A stretch of DNA of 64,000 nt. It comes from Antedon mediterranea (lineage: Eukaryota; Animalia; Echinodermata). A program made the position numbers and the translations under genes. Of this stretch, positions 14,401 to 29,400 are shown piece after piece (position 1 is the stretch's first letter; each line of letters begins with the position of its first letter). The DNA lies in assembly GCF_964355755.1 (NCBI RefSeq), contig NC_092676.1, positions 8,719,888 to 8,783,887 on the forward strand. Direction: 5' to 3'. The notes under the pieces are model-generated. The model searched no databases and was not told the origin of the DNA. It was given only the letters and a program-made list of their open reading frames with translations.

Positions 14401-17400
14401 AATTACTGTAATGGTAAATTGTATTTTTTATTATCGTTATCATTAAAAACTGCTAAAAGTGATCTTCAATTTATGGAAGGTACTTCAGCAGCTGTGGAAA
14501 TAATGGATATTCATTGGTTTTCTGTAAATTAGTATTAAGCTCAATAGTCCATGATTGAACTCAGTGAGCATCTAACTATAAACTCTTTGAATAATGTATA
14601 GGTATTTGGTGTATTCCTACAATAAATTGACACAAGCAGCTCTTAAAGCACTTAATGTCAGTTTGATTCCAAACCAGCCACTGTGTTCTATGGCAACAGA
14701 TCTTTATCTTTTCTTCTGCTCGTCTTTGGAATGATCTGCCACAAGCTATTCCAGAGGCAGCATCAATTGATATTTGTTTAAAAAAAAGTCTTAAGCTCTG
14801 TCTACACTATAAAACTATATGTGATATCATGTGCCCATATATTGACATGATGATGTCATATCACTACCATATTTGGGTATATGAATACCATATTTGGGCA
14901 CATCACACTATTTTTGTCAAACTAATTTGATAGTGTAGACAGAGCTCAAAGCAAGATCTGCTTACTTTTTATTTTGCTTCTCTTGGTTAACTAGAATCTG
15001 TTTTTTTGGATAGGATAGACAGATGCCTTTTTTCGCTTGAGCTCCCTCTGAATTCTGTTCTGGTGAGCTCTCTTTTGGTAACTTCCAGACTCCCTCTGAA
15101 TTCTGTTCTGGTGAGCTCTCTTTTGGTAACTTGAAAGTTCTGGAGCACAGAGCTGTGAAAATATTTTCTCTGGATCATTTAACTTTTTTTTTTATCTTAG
15201 GATATTTCATGATCCGTTTTTGTGTGTAGAGCATTATAGGCGCTATAAAAGATGACCATTATTATTACTATCCTTAGGAATCGTATCAAAATTTTTCTTC
15301 TGAAGGTATTACATGCAATACGTTTTTTTTACTTCAATGATTTATGATTTAATTCTTGGTTTGTTTAAATGGCAATTACTGCAATAAACAGTGTGTACGA
15401 TTATCTAAAATCTAGTTTTACTGCAGTAACTGTAAAATAATTTTTACTTGGCCCTAACATTTTCTCTAAGGTCTATGTTGTATATTGAAAATATATGAAA
15501 TATACAAAACTGAAAAAAAATTTGATAATCTTGTTTTTTGACCTTGAATACGTTTTATGACATGATTACACAATTTGCAGTTCTCATTAAGAAATTACCA
15601 ATTTATTGCTCAATACTGTGTATACTTTGTAGAATTGTTAACAATACATACACGTCTCTGTACTATCTAATTAAAGTTTCTTTTATGATTGATAGAATTA
15701 GAATTGAGGAAGAACATAGCCGTTGGCATAGTAGGCTTTGATCAACTCACTGTTGTGTACTCAAAATTAGACGTTATTAGTTTACTTCTGTCAAAATATA
15801 GTATCATTTTTAATATTCGTATTTAATGATGTTTTGCTAATATTTGAACTGTAGATTAAGCTCATATCAGAAGTTTTAAATTAGGTTACAGGAGTAAATA
15901 ATACATCAAAACATTAGCACAGGCAATGTTTTGGTAAATTATTTTCAACAACTTAACTTTCTAACCTTTTCTTTATTTTTGCAACTTGTAGTTTGTGAGT
16001 TTATATTTGCAAATAAACAAAAACTATCATTACACTGATATAGAATATTAAAGTTTTCACCACGTAACAATCTACCAATATTCATCATATATCTGTCTAC
16101 ATTCTCTCCTTATAATCTCCCAAAATTGCATACACCCAACATGGGTTATCTGCAGATATAAGTCTTGATGAATGTAACACGAGGTATACTACAGTGCCTA
16201 TGGTATATGATTAGCAAATGGGGAAAAAAAGATTGTTTTTTTTATGAATACCAATATGCTTTGTTTTTGTACAGGTGCAGTATGTGGATTTCGGCAACAG
16301 TGAGGGTGTGACAGCTGACAAGCTAAGAACGGCAACATGCTATACAGAGATCCCACATCAGTGCCTAGAATGTATTCTGTATGGATCACGAATTGTAAGT
16401 ATACATGATGGATTGACAATGTATTGATGGAACAATTGAAATGGTTTAGTTGCCATTGGCTATGTCCAACCTTATGCTGTTCAACGTTTGAATACGTCAA
16501 CAATTGGTTTGTGTATGCGTCTTTTGAACTTCTTATAAATATTGATGTTTTGTTGTATTCAGTCGACGAAAAGAATAATTGAGCTTTCTTCAAACTATTG
16601 CCTATTGTTTTTTTTGTTGTTGTTGAGATTAATTTCTTCTCTGCTGAATGAGCTTCTTGTTTTCTGGACACAGTACCTTGTTGAAGATTGACCTAGTTTT
16701 AACTTTTTGTTTATAAATTTAACATTATATAAATACATTTCATTTATTTATTTGAGACCAACAAATTATTATACATTATTAATTATTGCTAAAGTAAAAA
16801 AGTGTACTATAACTCAAAGAGTCAGCAGTCCAATGATCTAAACTAAAATGAATTTATAATAAACAATTAATATATTAATATATTACATAGCCTATGTAAA
16901 TACGCGAACGTGATTGGTTGAAACTGCATCACATGACTACCGCTGCGAGGATCGTAAATCGTATATATCCTCGAGAACGATGATATTGACTGTGTAATTT
17001 TCGCGTAATAATCGTGTCCCCTGTCATTAATCATATAAATTCTCGAGTACGATGATATTGACTGTGTAATTTTCGTGTGCAACACTCGAGTTTGCCGATA
17101 AATAAACAAAAGTCATCTACTCGATCTTGAACTCGGGTGGAATTGTCACTCCATCGCAAGACGACGTTTCATCCGCTGGGCCACGGAATTTGCTTGAAGA
17201 AATTAATCTTCTAAACTATTTAAGCTATGCATACATAGCGCCCTCATTTGTTATAAGTCCACCCTAAATGTGATGAAACACCGTTTATGATTGGTCAAAA
17301 CTCACGGTAGTAACCTAGTAACTAGTACGCGCTGAACATCCGGTGATTCGGCTCCTCGAAGATCGAGAAGACGACGAATTGTTTATTCGGCCTACCTGAT

Positions 17401-20400
17401 TATAATATTATTATTAATAGGCTTATTGATGGAAATTCTTCTGTTAATTTAAACGACCTAGGCCTAAGTGAATATTTTATTGCCAAGGAATCATTAATTA
17501 GTAATTATCTGTATATTATTCTTCGCAAGGTAAGGTGTCTAGGCAGGCTTGTTTTAAATACAATACAAATACTATAAGGAGGCCTAGCTAGCCTAGCTTC
17601 ACCCAACCCAGCAGACTTGTTCTTGGCTATATAATATAACAGATATTGCCTTTTATATCGGTTAAATATAAGATTTGACATCCCCTCGGGAATGATATTA
17701 AGTTCTCGGGGAATATATATTTCCCTCAGCTGGCGCTTCGGGAAATATATATTCCCTCGAACTTAATATCATTCCCTCGGGGATGTCAAATCTTATATTT
17801 AACCTCTAAGCAGTCAATATCTGTATAATATTTAGACAATTAATATATTAATATTTAGACGTGAATATACAAATAAAAATCAAACAATTGTATCAAAATA
17901 AATTAAATTAAATTATCCCTAAATTAAATAAAATTTTGTTTAAAAAAAACAACAAAATATTAGAAGTAATTGAATTAAGTAATAATTATATAAATATATG
18001 CAAAGAATAGTATTAATATTTATTCACAATACTTTTGACAATTAATGCTGTATTAATACCATATACATTATTGTATTATTTTTTGTAATTTAATGTTTAA
18101 TTGTTTGTGCTATGTATGTTTAGATTTGTTAGTAACTTTCTTGAGTAATTCCTGGTTAATTCTCTTGACTTTGACTATAAAAAAATGTTTGTTTGTGGTG
18201 TTTAGTGTTACAGTAATTGTGTATTCTTCTTTTTCTATTATCTTTGCTAATGTTACAAATTATGAGTCTAGACAAAGCTTAGGCTCCAGAGGCGAACAAC
18301 TCTTTGACATGTTGTAAATTTTATCTATGTAATTAAGAGTTCATTCGCAAGCTCATGTAAACACTGTCTGGGATAATCAGTTTCAACACTAATTATTACA
18401 AGATTTGTTGTCCCCCAAAAACATGAAACTGAAGATTAATGAAATCAGACATTTTGAATTTTGCAGTTTAAAAAAAAAAACCCAAAAATGTTTTCACTTT
18501 TCAACCGAAAACCCATTGACTGGCTGGCAGTTTTGTTATTACTTATTAGAGTTTATTAAGGTAAATCATTTTTTTCCTATCAAAAGTGGTAACTATTATG
18601 TGACATTAAAATGGCATTCAACAAAAAAAAAAAGTAAGAAAATGTTTAAAACAATATATCTTGAATAATAGGTACATAGGTCTCTATCGATAGTATAAGA
18701 AAGAAGTTATGATAAAGTTAAAATAAGAGACATTAGCTTTGTATGGTATCAATGCCTTCACTTCCAACCAGAGATCTGTGTGGTATTGATGGTAAATTAT
18801 TGAATTGTTCAGGGGTCCAGTGCTTTCTATAATCTGAACTAAAACACGACTAGAACAAAATTAATAGAGTGCGAGAGAAAGAGTTTAATCAGGGTGTGTG
18901 GCGCTGTGTGTCATTGGACTAATGATCGTGAGATCATGAGTTTGAATCCAACTCTTGTCGCATTGCTTGTATCCTTAGGCCAGACACTTTCCTTTTACGT
19001 TTCCTTTTACGTTTACCTCTCCTTACCCAGGGGTATAAATAGGTACCTGGTAATGGTCAAAACATAACTGCGCTGATCGCTGCCTGCTTGGGAAAATATT
19101 TCCAGACATGTTTGAGCCAAAACATGAAGCACTTTGACTTTGTGCATTTACCACTGTATAAGATTGATTGATAGATTATTATTTAGATCAATTTTCAACC
19201 AAAGATAACTTTCCATTTTTATGGGTAATATTTAGCGATGATTACCGTGGATGTAACTGTTAAGTTTTTAATTTATTAAGTTTTAAAGATCAAAAATGAC
19301 AAATGAGTTGTCCAGACAGACTGTTTAAAGTTACAGGCACTACAGGCAAACAAGCGTGTTAATGTGTTGTAAATTATAGGAAATTTGTTATTATTCGCTT
19401 TTCATGACAGAATTGATGTAGAACTAGGATTGTTGTTTTTTTGTTATTTCCTTCTGTAAATAAAAAAAAAACTCTTGCACAGCACATCTGTACCAAAGTC
19501 CTAGAGGCAGTTTTGTGATTTAGATCCAAGTAGACCCATTGTTTTTGTTTATAAAATGACAAACAAAACAGAAAATGCCGAAAACAAAATAAAAAAAAAA
19601 AGCGAGGAGACAGATTCTACAACCAAGAAATAACAAAATATTTTTTTATTAAATGGCCAATCACCATTATTATAAAAAAATGGATGCAACTATTTCCAAT
19701 ATAGAATGTATTGTATATGTAAATAAATTTCTAGTTGGAATTAAATTTTCTTGGTTTAAAAAAATTAAATTACAATTCTATTAATAGAAATTTTAAAATA
19801 AGTTTATACTTTTTATTTATTAATTTTATAGTATGCATTATTAATCAAACCTTATTATACCATTGAGATTGAAATCATCATGTTTCATAAATATAGATTG
19901 AAATATAATACTTTAAAGATAAAGTTATGGTTAATTTGTCTGATGTATCCCATGTAATTTTAATTTTCTTATTTCCCAACAGGTGAATTCAGCGAACTGT
20001 TGGCCAACAGATGCATTGAAGTTTATGTATGAAAACCTTACTATTTGTAGAATAGAGCGAAAGGTACTGTAATGTAGTGTCACTATTATCAGTGGCGTAA
20101 CGGCTATGAGCGCTAACCAGGAGTTTATAGAGCAGGACCCAGAAGAGAAATAAGGAATTAAAATATGCCGAAAAAGGATAAGAGGCCCCCACCGTTAGAT
20201 GGCTACTATTATATTACAATTTTAAAGGGGATCAGAAATGCCATTCTGACCTTTGACCCACATACCAGGTCATGTTTATATCTCAAGTACTTGTCATGAA
20301 ACTTTGAGTTATTCTCAAATTGTTTGAGACTTGGGTTGTGGGTCAAAAGTCAGAAATGGCATTTTTTTACTAAAATCTTAGACGGAGTATGAATGTATAC

Positions 20401-23400
20401 CTTCGTATCAATTTGAAAATTCAAAATGACCTCTCTGCGACCAGTGGTTGGAGATTTAATAACCTTTCACCCTGACCACTTGACCAATTTGTACCCGTCC
20501 CGAGATCACTAACATTGACTTGAAACTTACTTGAGTCAAGTATTCTCAGTGTACTGAGCATTCATTAAATGTATGGGCAAAATATCTGACCAAAAAACTA
20601 AAAAATTACTTGTCACATATTGATTTTGTTAAAAATGTATGCAAGTAAACATTTGATTGCCTTCTTCTTAGGGTGTATGGCAAAGAGGCATGCCACTCAT
20701 GGTTATGGTAACCATGCCAAATGGACTAGACCTACATGATGCCTTAATCAGCGGACCATTGTACAACAGTCAAGATGTTGTCTTCTACCAAGACAATGAC
20801 TTCAGACTGGATGCTCAAAGACTAGCTGCAATGTCGGAGAACGAAAGATCGTACTACCTCGGAAAGAGTACAGCCGATTTCCTGTCGCTGGATTCCTTCT
20901 GTTGTGATAGTAGTATGGAATTCATAATGATGCAATTACCAGAACCTGGCTCACTGTTTGATGTAACTATCACCCATGCAGATGCGCCTAATATGGTATG
21001 TATATGTTCCAATAAGTAACTTTTTCTTTTTCCAACGGCAAATAACGCGCTTATTACATATTTTATAATTTATCGTGCTTATAAAAGTATGTCTAATTTG
21101 AGGCTTAGGGAGTAGAGTTGAAAGTTTTAACCCCGGCACTAGGTCAGGATTGAACCCTGGCACAGGTCAGGATTGAACCCAGGCACAGGTCAGGATTGAA
21201 CCCAGGCACTAGGTCAGGATTGAACCCAGGCACTAGGTCAGGATTGAACACAGGTACTAGGTCAGGATTGAACCCAGGCACTAGGTCAGGATTGAACCCA
21301 GGCACTAGGTCAGGATTGAACCCAGGCACTAGGTCAGGATTGAACACAGGCACTAGGTCAGGATTGAACACAGGCACTAGGTCAGGATTGAACCCTAGAC
21401 CTTTTTGGATTGGAAGACAAGCATTGTTAACCACTAAGCTACAGCTCCATTTATTTCTCTTTATATAACACCTGTCATTTGATTTTGCAATTGTGGGTAA
21501 TATGGCGTGGAATAGTACGTACTATTTAATGATGGTGTAATAGTAATTTTGAAAATGTTTTTAGTGTGCCAGCCACGCCACGAAACAAATCTGTGTGAAA
21601 TCAAATGTTGACCTCTCCAACAACTAGCAATGGCAATGACAAGGATCTACTTAGATGTTTTATAAAACAAATTATGAATGATTTTATATTCGGTGAAATA
21701 TGAAATTCTATTTTCACTCGGGCAGAATGTTATCTTTCACCTTATTAAATTATTTGTACCATCGCACTCACTAATATTTGTATAATGTCTTCTTAACACT
21801 TTGAAATGTATCCTCTTTCTTACCATTCAAGGCCTATTAGGTTACCTTGCCGTATTATGTTTCAAATTTATAACCATACGATTAAAGATATTAGAAAATG
21901 AAAATTGATTTTCTTCCGTGTGAAACATAAGCTTCATCATCGATGGTAATTGGCAAATAACTACATTTCCCACTTGAGACTCTTTTAACCTGTCTTCTCA
22001 CATTTAATGTTAATTCTTCTATCTATTTGCGTGGGGACTACGTCAGTTATAATTATACTACAGTTACTGCAGTAGTATCATATTTTTTTTATTTTAGTTT
22101 GTTTCAATATATGAAGAAGTCACTTCAATAAACAGTGTGATGACTTTGAAATTGTTTGCTGCTTTAGGGTTAAAAAATGTAATTACTGCAGTAACTGCAG
22201 TAGAATATTATTAATGTTGACATTTTCTTGCACAAGGTAGAAAGGGTAGAGCGGCTACTGTATCTCCACTTTTAGTGGGCACTACAACTTACTGCCGTTA
22301 AAACGTTTAGTGCTCTAGGCACACTAATTCATTAAATAATCCGTATGTATTAATTTGTGTTTCAATTAGTTGCAATGTCTCCCTAAATCTTTGATGAACT
22401 CTGTTTAACATTACAATCCATATAATATATCCTAGTTCAAGAACGTCGCTGGCAATTTAACTTGATAAGCCTAAACTTACAATTGCCACTTGTAATTTGT
22501 TAACTAAACTTTACATTGCAATCCACATGTTGACGACCTCTTAAATGACCCTAAGCACTTTTTCTTACATCTCCTTGTCACTTTAGAGTAGATGCTATAG
22601 GCTTTTAAAATGATAGTATCTTTGTCTATCCATAACAAAAATCCTCCAACTTCCCAACCAATTTTTTCTCAACTTCTATTTAACTACTGTGTTTATTCGA
22701 ATAAATGCGCCCCCCTCCCCCAATACAACACCAATTGGAATAAACACCCTGTGTCATTTATTTATTTCCTTGACTAATTGTCCCACCACATGCATATACA
22801 TGTATACACAATATGGTCATCCCGTTAATTGACCTATTTGACAATTGTACGGTTGGTAAACGTCAAAGAGAGGGCTTTTTGTGGCATGGGTCGTGGTTTT
22901 GACTATAAATATCATACTCAAAATTTGCATAGTATGTCAATTTCAGTACGTCCATAATGTTTGTTGTTAGATGATATTAAAATTTGTATTAATTTGTGCC
23001 TGTATTGTCTCACTGCATTGTAATATCGTATTCTTGTATCATTGCATATATTGCTATGTAGTTCATTGATAGTAAACCAGTAATTTTAACTTACGTTTCA
23101 AGACAGTTTCGTGTAGCTGTCAGCTAGATTTGGTCCGATTACTTAAGAATGGAGAAATAGTTGTCGACTGGATTCTTTATTTGTTCCATGCATATTGTCA
23201 TAGGCTTCTAATTGTCATACAGTGACAAATTAAACACTGGTTGTGATTGTCATAGAGTGACAGTTGAAAGGACAATTTTAAAATGATTTTGAGTATATCT
23301 GTTACTAATACCAACTAAAGTACATGATCCATTAAATATTAATTACGTCATGACATTTTCCTTCTTTTTTCGTCATTATATCATCACTTAAGCATTAGCA

Positions 23401-26400
23401 GAGAGAAAAGCAGTTGACAATTGCGATTATTATCAAAGGATGCTGGTGATCTCTGTATTAAAAGCTTTGCTTTTCACAATTCTGCACTTTTCTCTCTTGT
23501 GTATATTTTATACCATTTCTTAAAAAAAAAAATCATACAAAGATATTATTAAACTGAATAACACATTTTTGTTTTTATTTGTGTCAATTATCATGCCTGG
23601 CTTATTCCAGAGTTCAGTCTGTTTTACCTGGTATATTTCTGATAGTACAAACTACTTTAGCCTCTTAGTTTCAGGTTTGAAATTGAATGAAATTACTGTC
23701 TGTTGCAAAATATATCTCCTTTCAAGCGAAAAATAATGCATAAGTGCATTGCAACAGCATCATATAATATAACAAACCCAGATACGCCTGTTATTGTGGT
23801 ACCAAGAGTATTTTGTTAGTTGTTGGCGCCACAGAAAACGTTCGTTTACAGCCAAAAAATTAATCATCATCATAGATAAATTATTCAACCTCATAAGCAA
23901 AACATATTTACAAAATAATTAGAATTTTGGCACCATGTAAAAATTATTCTACTTAAGTTACTGCAGTAAATTTTGTTTTCCTAATGTTTATGCTTTTTGG
24001 GTAATCATCATTCAAACTGTACTGTAGAGACTGCCTTTCCCAAAAAAAAAACATTACTGCAAGGCAATACAAAAAAAAATCTATTATCATTTAAATCTTG
24101 ATCACATTCAACATGTTTTAATAGAAATCTAATGAATACTACATAGTCTTTTGACTATTGATTACATTCTTTGATGTTTTTGTAAATTTTTATTACCGAA
24201 TTAATTTTTCAATTAGTTTTGTTGTGAATGCACTTTTTAGTTTGCTGACATGAATTGTACAACCTAGTTTGCAGTATTTGTGCGCTATAGTGCAACACAA
24301 TATCATTATTACATAAACAAGTTGTTTTGTGAAACAAACAAAAAACAAGTACCGTACTATTGTTCTAACCCTAGTATTATGGATTTTTCAAAATATATTA
24401 AGGGAATAGATTATTTAACAGTAAGGTGTTGTGGTACTGGCCTACATGATACTGCAGGATGTTTGTTGTCTGCAGACATGATACTGTACGTATACATAAT
24501 AATGATTTCAATTTTTGAACAAAAAACCAGCAGCTAAATGCACTTATCAAAAGATGAGATTATAAAGTACCTTCACCTAGTGATACAATACACTGACACG
24601 ACACCGAGAAAATATATTTTGGATGTACTGTACTTGGCATTGTTTTGTAATTATGATGAGGATAAGAAATTACAGTGGAAAAATGATGAAGGATTATTCG
24701 TTTCATTTCCTGAGATGGATTGTTTTATTAAAAATAAAAGTGATGAATATGGTTACTGTAATAAATGTTTCAAAGAGATTTCTCATTGAAGTGTAGCTTC
24801 ATGTTTAATATTGATTGTTTTTTCGATTTATACCTGTTTCTTGAGAAGAACGTCACAAATTGACATAAATTAATGTCTTATCTTTTAACAGTAAAAATAG
24901 TCCTGTAGCACAAACCCAGAGCTGCCCTTTAAGTGATATTCAATTTCAATAAAAAGTGTGATTATTAAATGACCAAAAAATTGTTTCACAGTCATCCCCC
25001 ACCCACTTAAAAAAAATGCCTTACACAAGATTAGATTGTTTTACTCATCCTATTAAAAGGTTATTGTAAAAACAATTGTAAAAAAGAAAAATCAATCGTA
25101 ATGATTTATCAGTGATGATTATATGAGATTATTTGTGGATTTGTGTCAGGTTTAGTTTTTTCATCATTCATATGGAAACAATTCTGTATATATTGTAGTG
25201 GAGTATTTATTGTCTTATCTATTTCAGGTATATATCCAACACTTCCAAGGCCATACGGAAAATCCAGTGACGAGAGATTCCATTAGGCAATTGAACCATT
25301 TGATTGAAATGAACGCAGAAATACATCACCTTGCAGCTGCATGGCCGGTAGTTTTTGATCCGTATGTCGGTAAGTGTATTGTAATTGAGTTTAGATAATT
25401 CAGTGTGATAAATTCCAAACCCTACCAGAGATATACTGGAAATTATTTAAAGTTATATTTCCCCCCTTAAAAATAATTGAATATGCCATTTTAATGTCAC
25501 ATAATAATTAATCACTTTGACCAAAAAGTTACCTTAACAAAACTTTGTTTTGGATTGAATTCCACTGTTTATTTTATTGTCTTTTTATTAAAATAATTTT
25601 TCCCCCCTTTTTTTTCTACCGAAGTGATTTTAATTACTGGTTTTACTAAATCTACAAAAATTATAACGTCTGCCTAATATGCATGAAACCTACTATTAAA
25701 GAATAAAGTATGCTGGATCTTTATTTCTTCGGACCCTTTCAGGATAAAGACTTCCCTCTAGGGCCGTTGTCTAGAACTATAGATGATTAAAAAGTGTACC
25801 AAATTGTTTATCTTATGTGCAATGTATAAATTAAGGCCTACGGATACAAGCAAGATAACACAGGCCGTTTTTGAACTTCTGCCTCTCACATGCTAGTCCA
25901 ATATCTCTTAACACCATTATGCCATATTCCTATCTCAATTCACAGACATTTTAACAACAAACTTTATCATGCATATGTTATCATGTTTTATAAGCTGATT
26001 ACTTCATTTGGTTCGTAAAAGTCAACGTTTGATTTATCTCTGATCATAGAGATATTATAGTTCACTATAATATCTCTATGCTTTGATACCAATCCACTAG
26101 GCAAATTTGTTGCGCAGAGAAAAAAATCGCGCTACTCTAGCGAATAGCTGCGATTGTCATGTTCATCACATGTTTGCTGAGCTTTTTTGATTTTCATGAT
26201 TTCGCTGATTGTTTGCATATTTTATAACTTCGCAAAAAGTACAAACCATTTGAACTACCAATTTCGCTGAAGCGATAAACTCAAGGAACTAGAATTCATC
26301 ACAGAGGAACATGAATACGGATGCGTATAAGCTGACATTTCGATTTATGCAAACAAAGTTGTCAAGTGGAAAATAGGCGCAAGTAGATGTCTTCAGGACA

Positions 26401-29400
26401 CAACCAAGTGTTCTCTCAATATTCAATATTTTGCCCTGAATATTGGTAGCCATTGTTAAAATATATATGCCTCTCAATCATTTCTTGGGAAAGTGTCTCC
26501 TTATTGTCCCTTGAATAGAGGTGTCCCTTAATTAGAGGTGTCCCTTGATTAGAGGTGTTCCTTAAATAGAGGTGTTCTTTAAATAGAGGTGTTCCTTGCA
26601 TCGAGGTGTCCCTTGAATAGAAGTGTCCCTTGATTAGAGGTGTTCCTTAAATAAATAGAGGTGTTCCTTGCATCGAGGTGTCCCTTGAATAGAGGTGTCC
26701 CTTGAATAGAGGTGTCCCTTAAATAGAGGTGTTCCTTGCATCGAGGTGTTCCTTGCATCGAGGTGTTCCTTGCATGGAGGTGTTCCTTGCATCGAGGTGT
26801 TCCTTGAATGGAGGTGTTCCTTGCATGGAGGTGTTCCTTGAATGGAGGTGTTCCTTGCATGGAGGTGTTCCTTGCATGGAGGTGTTCCTTGAATGGAGGT
26901 GTTCCTTGAATGGAGGTGTTCCTTGAATGGAGGTGTTTCTTGAATGGAGGTGTTTGTTTATATTGATTCAGACTATAATATCCTATTTTTATTGCACTGG
27001 TTGTTTTTTAGTATCATCCTCTTATAGGAGTAGTTCTGATTTTGACCTGGTTTTGTTGTAAAGGTTGTGGCAATGACCATGTTATCCTGTTTCTAAAATT
27101 GTATGTGATGTGATGTAAAGCACATAAAAGGAACTAATTATAAACTATTACACCTTATTCTCTCATTCTAATTTCATGACATTAAGCCTACATACAAAAT
27201 TTATAACCCTATAATTTAATTTTACAATCGTCTCGGGATGTAGTATACGGCTTCTTAATTACACAGGCTATAATGTTGATTTCTCGATAAAATCTCAATA
27301 TTTGTTTTATCATCCATGACGAAATAAGTTTTTTTATGTTTGAATTTATTCCAAAAGCATTTTTTTTTCGTATTACAATAGAACCCAATACAAAGATACA
27401 CCCAACAATGTGTTCTCTTTAGTAGAGTAGTAGTTATTTCCCCTTGTTCCTGTTATGGGAAAGTGTCTCCCCTACAGGGGTGTCCCAAAGGAGGGGTTTT
27501 ACTGTGTACTATAGTTTAAATCTATTTTCGAAAGGAATCTGCACTGCTGTCAAAAAATTGTATACGGGCATGTGTTCAGGTTTTCTTTCTTTCGTTCCTT
27601 TCTTTATTTTACCCATGAATATATAAATTATAAACACTGTAACGTACAAATAATAACTGTATCAAGGGAAGGGCTAAAAATAGTTGAAGCTAATCAAGTT
27701 CAGCCCCAAACATTGAAATATAAAACACACTTTCTCTCAAATATACAATATAATTCTCTTATGAATATAAGAGAAATAAATATCACTAAACAAACAAATA
27801 GTATGTTTTCATTTCTTTTTTAAATTTGCTTTTTGTTAGAAACCTTAAATCATCTGGGATTTCATTCCAGAGCTTTGCACCAGAATACTTGATGGAATAT
27901 TGTCCTATGTTTGTTCTATGTTTGTTCTATGTTTTGTTATTTTTCTCTAGTTTAGTTATTGATTTCTTAGCAACAATTATCGCTAACTTTATCAACTAAT
28001 ACCTCTTTCACATCAACTCCGCAGGATCTCTGGAGACACTCCAGGGTTTGTGACTATTCTCGAGAAAATCCGGAGAGACCCCATTTACATAGACCCCATT
28101 TACATCGACCCCATTTACATCGATCCCATTTACATCGATCTACCAGAGTTTTAAAAATAAAATCGTAAATACCACCCTCTATTTTGTTTGTTTACCTCAA
28201 GAAGATCATTGAAATCATTTAATTTATAAAAATTGTATGGTTTAATAATTATTTTCAGGTCTCCGATATCATATAATATTTTATTTATACTATTTGTTGT
28301 TTTGACCTGCTTTTGCTATATATTTTGTACAAATATTAAATGAAGTATTTGAAAATAAAAAAAAGCAATGATTGTGTGATGATAACCTTTTCACCTGAAA
28401 ACACCAGAGTTTAAAGTTGGTACCTCTCACATTGACCGTCCCAGTGTGTCCCCGCAGTTCGGCCTCCAGAGAAATTTCAACTGGTGTTTTGAATTCCTGA
28501 GTTGTTCGGATTTTGCCTTTTTCATCAACCACAACCCGCAGTTAATGCCCCATTGTGTCAAAATTATGGAATGTCTCGGGAGTTGTGATCGTTGGTGTCA
28601 AAGGGGTATAATACCCGATTAAATTACTAAGTCTGAAGGATACACACTGTATGTTTTCAAGGAGCTAGTAGCTAAAAAAATGCAATGAGTGTCTAATATA
28701 AGATGACAATTTCAAATCATAAAGGTATATCGAGTGGGACAGTGTATGAACTTTAAGGCTGGGGGAAATGTTCAGAGGTTCGATGCTGGGTGATTGAACA
28801 GAAAATCTTAGCACTTTATTATCTCGTCAGTGAATGCGAAATTATTAATTTATCCTGTGGATGGCCTTTCAAACCTCATTTTAAATATTTAATGCTGTCT
28901 GTAATGATTTAGCATTACAAATGTTTGTTCTCAGTAGTAGCTTAAATGTTAACAACAAACATGAATGTTGTTTCGCTTGAGAACATGTAAGTGCAAAGTC
29001 TGCGATAATAGTGATTTATTATTCTTTTTTTCTACATAAAACTTGGCATATACCAGCTGTAAATTAGTAATAGCTAATTTTAAACATCAGAGAATGTTAC
29101 GATAAACAGTTTTACGTAACTGTTTATCAACTGATTGAGGTTATACTATTAATAATTTAGTAACTGAAATATATACAAAAAAATTGTAAAATTCGAACCA
29201 ATCTTCTCGTTTTTATAACTGTAGTTTTGAAAAAAATACAAAGAATCCTAGTAGTGTACTAATCATTAAACAGATGATAGTATTGGATTGATTTGGTGAA
29301 ATTTTTTAAATATCATCAGTACTAGATGCTTATGCACTTTTTAAAAGCAAACATCTCAAAGAGCAATACTGGAAATTGACTTGTTTTCCACAGGCAACCT

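Noticed and set aside
21144-21468. Repetitive peptides (GFNPDLVP)n and (NPGTRSGL)n
   Set aside because: Translations of the B-box minisatellite; no splice or coding support.
26416-26926. ORFs such as MQGTPPFKEHLHARNTSIQ...
   Set aside because: Products of the 18-19 bp minisatellite.
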